The notes below the pieces were generated by a model. The model ran no database searches. It was given only the letters and a program-made list of their open reading frames with translations, and was not told the DNA's origin. DNA of 63,936 nt, counting the filler, from Reclinomonas americana ATCC 50394 (Eukaryota): the NCBI GenBank assembly GCA_048213135.1. It is 22 parts of 22 records of this genome, joined end to end, with 100 filler letters (N's around TTAATTAATTAA, not from the genome) between each part and the next. Parts side by side here need not be neighbours in the genome. Positions count along the whole stretch, not along the records: positions 12,911 to 15,413 come from AFZH01019675.1; positions 15,514 to 18,468 come from AFZH01019677.1; positions 18,569 to 22,643 come from AFZH01019678.1; positions 22,744 to 24,058 come from AFZH01019679.1; positions 24,159 to 32,635 come from AFZH01019680.1; 17 more parts are not named here. One strand, 5' to 3'. Both the position numbers and the translations under genes were made by a program. Numbering within the stretch: the first letter of the stretch is position 1; every line of letters begins with the position of its first letter. Positions 12,811-24,196 of this stretch are shown one piece after another.

Positions 12811-14954
12811 NNNNNNNNNNNNNNNNNNNNNNNNNNNNNNNNNNNNNNNNNNNNTTAATTAATTAANNNNNNNNNNNNNNNNNNNNNNNNNNNNNNNNNN
12901 NNNNNNNNNNTGCCAATCGACGGGAAGTCGGCAAGAGTGCTCTTGTAGAACGTCTGGCCAGTGCAAATGGTGATGTTGTCGTTGCACTGATTGACATTCG
13001 AGGCACCACCACCAGCGTCACCAATGCCCAAATGAATGCGAGCGTCCTTGCCGCCGAGCACCAGAGTCTTGTTGCCGTTGGTCAAGCCAGCCACAGCTGC
13101 GGAGTAAGCAGTCAGCGTGAGCACCAGAACACGGGATGAAAATGCACGCTGCAAGCTGTGAAGTGGGAGTCAACGAACGCAACTGAAGGACACGTCCTTG
13201 TTCAGCGTCACGGCCGGGTTGTTGCCGTCAGACACAGCGCCCGTGATCGTGAGCACACCACGAATGAGATCGTCGTCGAGGATCTGGTTGACGGTGACCA
13301 CACCAGCGCTGGAGATCGCAAAGCGACCGTTCTGGCTGTTGGAAAGCGACCACGTCAGCGTGTCGTTCTCAGCGTCGGTGGCCGAGAAGGTACCGACAAC
13401 GGTGCCGATGGCGACCGGAGTCTTCTTCGACGACCAGTTGGCATCGAACGTGAACGTCAGGTTCGTCGGCTGGCGATCTACGAGTGGCAAAGACGTCAGC
13501 GCAACCAACAAGCATGCAGCTATAATTTGTTGGCGTTCCGAAAAGAGGGGTACGAAACTCAGGTAGTACACCTCAATCGCATTGATCGAGGCGTAGTTGT
13601 TGGCGCAGCCAGAACCGGAGAAAACCTGCACGGGAAAACGAGAGCGTATGTGAGAAGAGAAGGAGGATCAATTCTTGTTTCCCGTGCACAGCAACACACC
13701 TTGATATTCAGGTTTCCACCGGCGGCGACCGTGGCAGCATGGTTGTTCGAGTCGATCGGCGGCCACACAAACGAAGCAGCACGCTGCACGCCACCGGCGA
13801 GAGCAACGGTGTCTTGTTGCTACGACATGTAGAAACAAAGTTAATGGCCATGGATGGGACGGACGATGACAAGCAGCTGAACGGAAGAGATGATCGACGC
13901 AACAGTGGACTGGTTGCCGTTGACGTTGAAGATCTCGCAACGTGAAGCAGACGGCGGGCGATCGCTGTTCTCCGCAAAGTAGAAACGGACCTGGTAGTCG
14001 CCGGCCGGCACTGCAGACAATTAAATTGATTTTGCAGTGAGCAGACTAGATGGTGGGAGTGCGTGTGCAAACGGCCGAGAAGGACGCAACGGTTGTTGAG
14101 CTGCCACTCCATGTTGTCACCAGGGTTGGCATAGCGAGCACACCGGAAGATGCGCTGCGAAGGCAACAGTGTGAGACGGATATCGAAACGAAGGAAGTTG
14201 CAGAGAGAAGGAATGCGCGCCTCCGAGTTGCCGATGGCGTTGGCACCGCAGCCCAAGGTGGTCTGCACCGAACCGTCATTGACGTTGATGACACTCGTAG
14301 CCGCGTCCAGCGACGTGTAAAGCGCATCGCTGTTTGGATAGGAACTGTGCCGAAGTGAAAATGTGAGCAATGGAAATGTGAAGCACAAGAGAAAGCAAGC
14401 TGAGAACGACAGGGAGTACATACTGCGACCTCTCTGAACGCAGCAGTCTAAAGAGACCGTGAACAACGTAAAAACGAGCCAGATGAAGAACAAACCAAAC
14501 ACAAACCGAGAGAACGACAGACAAGAAAACGACCGAATAAGGCAAACGTGAAACACTAAACACTCACAACAGAACAAGCAGAGTGCTGTTCTACCTCAAG
14601 GCTCTCTCTCTCTCTCTCTCTCCCTCTCCCTCTCTCTGCATCCGTGCCACTCAACTTGCCAAGCTTGGTAGCCGTCCACCTGCCCGCGGGGAAGTCGACA
14701 AACGAATCGGGATAGAAAATGGTTCCGGCGCACGTGGTAATGGCAAAATCGCACTCATTGTTCTGCGACGCGCCGCCGCGGCTGGCACCAGAGCCCAGGT
14801 TGAGACGGATGAAACGACCGTCCAGCTGCGTAATCACCGGAGTGCCCGGGGTGGCAACGGGAGTGACTGCCGACACACTCACGGCCAGTGTGGCCACAAT
14901 GGCCAGCAGCGCCACAACAACGGCCTGCACCATCATCATCGTGGTACGCGACAT
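11720..14954 (-). CDS. Secreted malectin-like + cadherin-like repeat protein, copy C (3' partial)
   Basis: ATG 14954 with signal peptide MSRTTMMMVQAVVVALLAIVATLAVSVSA. Malectin-like motif IFRCARY...WQL..LPAGDYQVRFYFAE...IFNVNG; cadherin-like GTVVGTFSATDAENDTLTWSL...RFAISSAGVVTV...GAVSDG; second malectin-like (LFKCQRY...YRVRFFFAD) and second cadherin-like (ATDPENDQITYSL...IDR...VRATD). Confidence 0.8.
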
Positions 14955-15513
14955 GTTGCTTTTTCACTGCACGCGCGCGAAAAAATCAATGAGTGTAACG
15001 GTCACCGCATATTCGTAACGGGAAAAAGACAAGCGCTGCCCCACAAGCACACACCAGGACTGTGCACGAGTGTGCGCGAGAACCAGAGAGAGAAAGGGAG
15101 GGTGATCGTGCAATGGTTTGAGCGACGAGACACGAAATGAACAACACGCGCGCGAAAATGGAAAGCATGCAAAAAAAGACCGTTACGACGCGTGCACAGC
15201 AACAAACGAACGCGTGTGCGACAGTGCACCACTTGCTGCTCTGACGCAACCACACGCACGCACGAGTGAGAAAGAGAACGAGTGTGACAGCAGGAAGCGC
15301 ACGAGAAAACAAGCAAACTGAGTGCGCGCGAAAAAATACAGCGCTCAAGATTGAGCGCACGAAGGCCAAGCGTGGACAGAGAGTGGAGACCTCAACAGAC
15401 ATGCGATCCTCGCNNNNNNNNNNNNNNNNNNNNNNNNNNNNNNNNNNNNNNNNNNNNTTAATTAATTAANNNNNNNNNNNNNNNNNNNNNNNNNNNNNNN
15501 NNNNNNNNNNNNN

Positions 15514-17483
15514 TGCCAATCGACGGGAAGTCGGCAAGAGTGCTCTTGTAGAACGTGAGACCACCGCAGATGGTGATGTTGTTGTTGCACTGGTTGACAT
15601 TCGAGGCACCACCACCAGCATCACCAATGCCCAAGTGGATGCGAGCGTCCTTGCCGCCGAGCACCAGAGTCTTGTTGCCGTTGGTCAAGCCAGCCACAGC
15701 TGCGGAGTAAGCAGTCAGCGTGAGCACCAGAACACGGGATGAAAATGCACGCTGCAAGCTGTGAAGTGGGAGTCAACGAACGCAACTGAAGGACACGTCC
15801 TTGTTCAGCGTCACGGCCGGGTTGTTGCCGTCAGACACAGCGCCCGTGATCGTGAGCACACCACGAATGAGATCGTCGTCGAGGATCTGGTTGACGGTAA
15901 CCACACCAGCGCTGGAGATCGCAAAGCGACCGTTCTGGCTGTTGGAAAGCGACCACGTCAGCGTGTCGTTCTCAGCGTCGGTGGCCGAGAAGGTACCGAC
16001 AACGGTGCCGATGGCGACCGGAGTCTTCTTCGACGACCAGTTGGCATCGAACGTGAAGGTCAGGTTCGTCGGCTGGCGATCTACGAGTAGCAAAGACGTC
16101 AGCGCAACCAACAAGCATGCAGCTATAATTTGTTGGCGTTCCGAAAAGAGGGGCACGAAACTCAGGTAGTACACCTCAATCGCATTGACTGCGGCGGCAT
16201 TCGTAACACAGCCAGTACCAGAGAAAACCTGCACGGAGAGAGGGTCAACAGAGGAGCATTGTTCTTGTTTTCTAGAATAACAACACACCTTGATATTCAG
16301 GTTTCCACCGGCGGCGACGGTGGCAGCATGGTTGTTCGAGTCGATCGGTGGCCACACAAACGAAGCAGCGCGCTGTGCCCCACCGGCAAGTGTAACGGTG
16401 TTTTGTTGCTAGACATGATAGAAACACGAACGAAGTCAATGAATGCGTGGAAGGCGATGACAAGTAGCTGGCCGGAATGTGTGAATGACGCAACAGTAGA
16501 CTGGTTGCCGTTGACGTTGAAGATCGCACAGCGCGATGCTGTCGGGGGGCGGTCATTGTTCTCCGCAAAGTAGAAGCGGACCTGGTAGTCGCCGGCCGGC
16601 ACTACAGATTGATTTTACAGTGAGCAGACTAGATGGTGGGAGTGCGTGTGCAAACGGCCGAGAAGGACGCAACGGTTGTTGAGCTGCCACTCCATGTTGT
16701 CACCAGGGTTGGCGTAGCGAGTGCACCGGAAGATGCGCTGCGAAGGCAACAGTGTGAGACGGATATCGAAACGAAGGAAGTTGCAGAGAGAAGGAATGCG
16801 CACCTCCGAGTTGCCGATGGCGTTGGCACCGCAGCCCAAGGTGGTCTGCACCGAACCGTCATTGACGTTGATGACACTTGTAGCCGCGTCCAGCGACGCG
16901 TACGAAGCGTCGCTCGGCGGATATGCGCTGCAAGGATAACGCGTGCGATTAGCATGTGGCCGATTCAGTCACAAAGGATGGCCATGGTACGGAGGAACGG
17001 AGAGGGGTGAAATAGCAGCAGGAGAGTGGATGCCAAGGAACGCTGACAGGAGTCAGGACACGGCTTCAGCAACACATACAAAGCAAGAGAAGACGTGATG
17101 CGAAAGAGAAACCAACATCAAAGATTATAGATTCTGCCCCACTGCTTCCAAGGAAAAGTGTGCGTGTATCTGTCTGGATGGACGCACATTCCAGGCTTGG
17201 TAGCCGTCCACCTGCCCGCGGGGAAGTCGACAAACGAATCGGGATAGAAGGTGGTTCCGGCACACGTGTTAATGGCCAGATCGCACTCGTTGTTCTGCGA
17301 GGCGGCGCCGCGGCTGGCACCAGCACCCAGGTTGAGACGGATGAAACGACCGTCCAGCTGCAAAGTCACCGGAGAACCCGGAGTGGCTGCGGTGACTGCC
17401 GAGACGCTCACGGCCAGTGTGGCCACAATGGCCAGCAGCGCCACAACAACGGCCTGTACCATCATCATTGTGGTACGCGACAT
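15514..17483 (-). CDS. Secreted malectin-like + cadherin-like repeat protein, copy B (3' part lost in gap)
   Basis: ATG 17483; same signal peptide, exon structure and domains as copy C; truncated by the gap 15414-15513 at the start of the second malectin-like domain. Confidence 0.8.
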
Positions 17484-18571
17484 GTTGTCTTTTTCTCTCC
17501 TCTGTGCGCGCGAAAATAGATGAGCGCGACACGCATATTTTTTGTAACGGGCAAAACACGCGCCCACGGCAAGACACAACAATGGAAAAAAAAAAAAAAA
17601 GGCAGTGTGGCACCACAACAACTGTCGTGTGCAAGCGTCGTGGGAGAGAATGTGCACAGTCAATAAAGCAAGAAACGCGCGAAGATAGAAAGAAAAAGAC
17701 CGTTACAACGCGTGTGCTGAAGATATCGATGACCGTTGCGTGTGTGCGTGAGTGACGTGCTTGACAGTATCACTCCCCGAGTGAGTGAGTTGACGACAAT
17801 CAGAGCGCGCATGAGAGAGCCATGGGGCAAGAGAGAGAGAGAGAGATAGCAACTGCGAACGAAGACGAGCGAACAACCACATGCGCGCGAAAACCAAAAA
17901 TGGCAAGATAAAGAGTGCACGACTGCCACGCAAACATGCACACAACGCGCTGAAGAGAGCAACTGAGCAAGAGAGAAAGAGAGAAGCACTGAAACACACA
18001 AGCAATGCACTGTGCAACATAGAAGCAAAAGAAGGAAATCACGTAGAAAGACAGAAAAAAACCAACGCCAATAACGAGAGTGCTTGTGCAAACCTTGGCT
18101 TGGGAGTTCTGTGTTTTTGTTCCAGCGCGTGAGTGCGTGCGCGAGCGAGCTCTCCACCGACGCGCAAAAAAAAAACAATCGGTGGGACAACCAAACGACG
18201 AAACACGAAGGCGCTCCCGTCACATCCATCGACATTCGCGAAGGCAGAATCAAATTGCAGTCTCGAAAAACTTAGTCGTTGACCACAGCATTATGACAAC
18301 TGCATTACTCATGGAAAAGTGGAGACAGCAGAGTTGACAAAGAGCCGGAAGCAGAGCGCACAGAGTATCCAGTAGCGCTACAGAAAAGCAAGTGAGTGCG
18401 ACATCCGCCGCAGTGCAGTGTAAACAATCAATCACACCTTCGCCGGTTGTCGGTGGGCTTACGTCTGTNNNNNNNNNNNNNNNNNNNNNNNNNNNNNNNN
18501 NNNNNNNNNNNNTTAATTAATTAANNNNNNNNNNNNNNNNNNNNNNNNNNNNNNNNNNNNNNNNNNNNCTC

Positions 18572-20503
18572 TCACATGATGGCGCTGACGCAACTCTCGA
18601 GCATCAAGACAAAGAAATAAGTCTTCGTGTCGTCGCCAAACGCAGAGTTGCGAGCCGACAAGCACACGGGCTGTGTCTCGGTCAAGCCCTGCAGCTTCAG
18701 CAGCCAGCCCTCTGATGTGATCGCCACCGGCGGCAAAAATGTAAGAGAAGCCTCATCGCCATTGCTCGGCGCATCAGTATACGGCCCAGACACCGTAGCA
18801 GCAGGCGGGAAGTTGTCGGGAAGCACATCCGGCGCATCGTCCGACAGGTCGAGACCGTCCTGGTTGGGAGTCGGGCACGGATCGTCCTCGTCCTTCACAG
18901 GCTCATCCACAAACTCAGTCGCCGACTGCGTCTTGAACGGCAACAGGCCCACAAGCGCGCAAATCAGCGGGTTGTCCAGCTGGTACACAGACTCGTTGTT
19001 GTCCACAATCAGAGACGACACCACACCCACAGGAGTGAACGTCGGATCGTACGGGTGGAACGGGAACAGACGAATGTCAGGCAGGCTCGGCTTGTTGGCC
19101 ACTGCGTGGGAGTGAACGACGACATCAGGAAATGCTACACGACGATGACGAGGAGAAACATGGACGCAACGAGGGAAGGTGACATCCTTCGTCACATAGC
19201 GGCCGTACTTATCAGTGGCACGCACAGTGAACTTCAGCTCCAGCTTGCAGCCAGAGCGGTCAATCGCCTTGTTGGTGCGCACTTGACCAGTCGAAGAGAT
19301 CTTCACCAGGCCACCGTCGTTGTCGTCCAGCGAGTAGGTGATCTGATCGTTCTCCGGATCAGTGGCCGACACCGTTCCCAGGCTCGTGTTCGAGAAGGCC
19401 GGCAGCACCAGGTACGACTTGGAGGCCGTGAACTGCAAGTTCTTCGGCGGCAGGTCTGACGGTGGGTAAGAGGGAGGAGGAGGAGAGAGAGTGAGAATCT
19501 TGCCAAGAGTGGAGTGGGAGGAGCTGAGACGACTAGTGAGAATCAGAAAGACGCAACTGACGTTGATGATCTCGAACGAGTTGACCGAGATGGCGTTCAG
19601 CTGCAGCAGCACACAAAATCAAACACAAATGTCAGCTCAACGTCAGCGTCCTGCATGGTCACCAAGAAACACACCTCGCCAGAGCCAGTGCAGCTCGAGC
19701 CAGCAAGAATCTTAATGTCCAGGATGCCAGAGGATGTCAACAGGGCCGGGCTCGAACCGAGCGGCCAAGCGTACTCGGATGCGCGTCCCGACTTGGCGGC
19801 CAGGAAGCTGACCTGCTCAATTTCCGGCGACTGCACACCGTTGACGCTGAACAGACCGCACCGCTTGTTCTGACCAGCCGCAGTGTCGGCAAAGAAGAAG
19901 CGCACACGGTAGCGGCCAGCCGGCACGTTGAACTTGTACTCCATGGCGCTAGGAGAGATCACGAAGCGCTGGCACTTGAACAGATCGCGCAGAGGCTGAT
20001 CCACGCAGCCGAACAGCGCGCTCAGATCAGAGTCGGAGATCGGGTCGTTGCGGTCGCCGTTGCTCGACGGGTAAGGACTGCCACCGCAAGTCGAGTGAGA
20101 CGAGAAGATAACGACAGATGGAAGGAGAGGGAGGGAGAGAGAGAGAGAGAAAGAGAGAGTGGAAGTCAACGCAACACTCCGTTGGTCACCACAGTGCCAA
20201 TCGACGGGAAGTCGGCAAGAGTGCTCTTGTAGAACGTCTGGCCAGTGCAAATGGTGATGTTGTCGTTGCACTGGTTGACATTCGAGGCACCGCCACCAGC
20301 ATCGCCAATGCCCAAGTGGATGCGAGCGTCCTTGCCGCCGAGCACCAGAGTCTTGTTGCCGTTGTCCAAGTTAGCCACAGCTGTGGAAGATGATGCAATG
20401 AAGAGGCAGTAAGCTCACAGTCCACGATAGGCAACGGCGCTCTTGGAGCGCGAGAGGCCGACAGAGAGTACAATGAAACAAATGAGAAGCACAACAGTGA
20501 AAA

Positions 20504-20555
<52 letters not shown>

Positions 20556-20613
20556 AATGAAGTGGAGGAGGAGGAGTAGCGAGAATAACAAGAGAGAGAA
20601 ACGAGTGAACAGT

Positions 20614-20645
<32 letters not shown>

Positions 20646-22351
20646 ACACACACAAACACGAACACGCATGCGGTACGCCCAGGGAACGCAACTGAATGAC
20701 ACGTCCTTGCTCAGCGTCACGGCGGGATTGGTGCCATCAGACACAGCGCCCGTGATCGTGAGCACGCCACGGATAAGATCGTCGTTGAGAATCTGGTTGA
20801 CCGTGACAACACCAGTGCACGAGATCGCAAAGCGACCGTTCTGGCTGTTGGGCAGCGACCACGTCAGCGTGTCGTTCTCAGTGTCGGTGGCCGAGAAGGT
20901 ACCGACAACGGTGCCGACGGCGACCGGAGTCTTCTTCGACGACCAGTTGGGATCGAAAGTGAAGGCCATGTTCGTCGGCTGGCGATCTGTGAGTGGCACA
21001 TACGACGTCAGCGCAACCAACATGCATGCAGTTCGTCGCTGGTGTTACGACAATAGCGGCACGTAACTCAAGTAGTACACCTCAATCGCATTGATCGAGG
21101 CGTAGTTGTTGGCGCAGCCAGAACCAGAGATGACCTGCATGGGATCGGATCCGGAAATGAGGGTGCAAGTGAGAATCGAGATCAACAGAGGAGCAGCAAT
21201 CATTGTTTCTACACACCTTGATATTCAGGTTGCCATTGGCGGCGACCGTGGCAGCATGGTTGTTCGAGTCGATCGGCGGCCACACAAACGAGCCAGCGCG
21301 CTGCACGCCAGCGGCGAGAGCCACGGTGTCTTGTTGCTAAACATGACAGAAACATGAACAATGTCAATGAATGCGTGGAAGGCGATGACAAGTAGCTGGA
21401 CTGAAGAGATGATCGACGCAACAGTGGACTGGTTGCCGTTGACGTTGAAGATCTCACAGCGAGTGGCAGACGGCGGACGGTCACCGTTCTCCGCAAAGTA
21501 GAAGCGGACCTGGTAGTCACCGGCCGCCACTGCACGTGAGGAGATTGGAACACGCCGTCAGCAGACAAGCACAATCCAGCAGAAGATAGCCAGGAACACG
21601 TGTACGCAACGGCCGTTGAGCTGCCATTCCATGTTGTCACCAGGGACGGCGAAACGAGCACACCGGAAGATGCGCTGCGAAGGCAACAGTGTGAGACAAA
21701 TATCGATATCGAAACCAAAAAAGTAAGGAGTACTCACCTCGGAGACGCCGATGGCGTTGGCACCGCAGCCCAGAATGGTCTGCACCGAGCCGTCGTTGAC
21801 GTTGATGACACTCTCCGGGTTGAGGGCGTCCAGCGATGTGTACAGAGCGTCGCTGTTTGGATAGGCGCTGAAGGAGGAGAAGACGGAGTCAGTAACAGCG
21901 ATACTTGAAGAAGGCAAGAGTGAGAGTGAGAAAAGTTAGAGACAGTGAGAAGAAGGACTGCCAGAACAACACGACAGCCACCAGGAGAGTAAGAGGAGTC
22001 GAGAGCAAAGCACGCATGCAACATCTGCAGACAGTGAAGAGTCTTCTGAACTCACTTTCCAAGCTTGGGAGCAGTCCACTTGCCACCGGGGAAATCGGCA
22101 AACGTGTCGGGATAGAAGACGGTTCCAGCGCACGTGGTAATCGGCGCCTCGCACTCATTGTTCTGCGAGGCGCCACCGCGGGCGGCGCCAGCGCCCAGGT
22201 TGATACGAGCATAGAGGCTGCCCAGCTTCAGGATCTTCGCCGTGCCCGGGGGCGGAGGCGGGAGGGGAGTGGCCGAGATGCTCACGGCCAGTGTGACCAC
22301 AATGAGCAGCAAGGCCGCAACAACAGCCTGTGTCATCAGTGCGCGAGACAT
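18572..22351 (-). CDS. Secreted malectin-like + cadherin-like repeat protein, copy A (most complete)
   Basis: ATG 22351 (MSRALMTQAVVAALLLIVVTLAVSISA). Order: signal peptide, malectin-like, cadherin-like, malectin-like, cadherin-like, then an acidic unrecognised region (18572-19100). The TGA at 18572 could instead overlap a GTGAGA donor, so the 3' end is uncertain. Confidence 0.8.
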
Positions 22352-23279
22352 TTGTATTGCTGCGTGTCTGCGAGGGAAAACGCGTCAGAAAAAGCAGCAT
22401 GCCACGTCCCAAAGAAACCCGGGCGTGAATGAAAGGTGCACGACACAAGCGAAAAGAGGGAGAGAAAAAGAACGAACAGTTTTGCGCGCGAAAAACTAAG
22501 ATGACCGTTACAACACGTGCACGACCGTTGCGCGCGCGTGCGTCGCTCATGCAAGCACACGCGCACAAAGAAAGAGAGAGAGAGTGACAGGCAGACACAG
22601 AGACAGAGAAAGTGAGAGAGCAGGGAGGAGAGTGAGAGAGCGCNNNNNNNNNNNNNNNNNNNNNNNNNNNNNNNNNNNNNNNNNNNNTTAATTAATTAAN
22701 NNNNNNNNNNNNNNNNNNNNNNNNNNNNNNNNNNNNNNNNNNNACACTAAAACGAACAAGACGAAGAATGCGCGCGAAACCCCAAAAAGCACAAACGAAG
22801 AGTGCACGACTGCCACAGACGTTGCGCACTGCAGAGAGTGAGCGAGAGAGAGACAGAGAGACAGCGAGACACTCGCTGGCTCTGTGCGCACAAACACAGA
22901 CACGCACTCGACGAAAAGCAGAACACACAGAAAAAACCATGCTGGTTGCGCGCGCGCAGCGTACCTTGGTTTCGGTTTGTTCTTGTCTCTGTGTTCAAAC
23001 AGTGCTTATTCAAGCACGTGTGAGTGAGCGCGCGTGCGTGTGTGTGTGTGTGTGTTGGGGCGAGCGCGCTCTCCACCAACGTGCGCAATTGGAATTGTGG
23101 CGAGTACGTGGACAAACGTGTCACTGTCACCCATGCCTCCCGCACCAGCAACATGTCAACCCATATGGACAGAGAATTGCATTACTCATGTGGTGGTGGT
23201 GGTGGTGGTGGTGGAGGCTGTGCAGTGCATCCACTGCCTGCTGCGCACAGAGTCTCCAGCATGTCGAGCTGCAGCCAGT

Positions 23280-24158
23280 TGTCCCACTGGCGGAGTTGAT
23301 GTTAGTCAAATCTGCCGACTGCAGTTGTGTGTTGTGTGCCAAGACTCGGCTTCTCACCCAATCAAGCTCCGCCTGCCAGCTGCCGGCTGTCTCCGATCGC
23401 TGCTGGCGGAGAGCCGAGTGCAGCACGTCCATTCGTGCCTGGCAAAGAGTGGCTCTCGCGGTTGGTGAGAGCGTGGTGGCGGTAAGTCCGTCCAGCGCGG
23501 CAGCCCATCTGTGGAGAAACAGGAGGGAAGGTGCATGTCAGCGACGAGAAAGAGAGGGATAGCAGCGAAGAAGAAGAAGAAGGAAAGAAAGAGGAGGTTG
23601 AGATCAGAGATAGCAAGAGAGGGAACAGGGGACGCTCGCGTGAGAGGGATGAAGACTGAGACACAGCAAGGCACACTCGGAGATTGGCGACGAATGAGAG
23701 AGAGTGGGGAAAGAACGAGAGTGTGCACGAAAGGGATGGAAACTGAGGGACTGAGAGGCGGACATGCGGATTGGCGAAGAGTGAAGAGAGAGAAGGAGAA
23801 GAAAGAGGGAGTCGAGATCAAGGGACTGTGCAGTGTGTGTGTGTGTGAGAGAGAGAGGGGGAAATGGGGAGAGAGAGAGGGAGAAAGGGGGAGGGAGGGA
23901 GAAGGAGAAGAAAGAGGAGAGGGAGATCAGAGAAAGCAAGAGAGGGAGCGCGCACGAGAGGAACGGAGACTGAGGGACTGTGAGGCAGTGTGTGTGTGTA
24001 AGCGAGAGAGAGAGAGAGGAGGAGAGAGTGGACGAAGGAAGAAAGAAAGGAGGAGAGTNNNNNNNNNNNNNNNNNNNNNNNNNNNNNNNNNNNNNNNNNN
24101 NNTTAATTAATTAANNNNNNNNNNNNNNNNNNNNNNNNNNNNNNNNNNNNNNNNNNNN

Positions 24159-24196
<38 letters not shown>

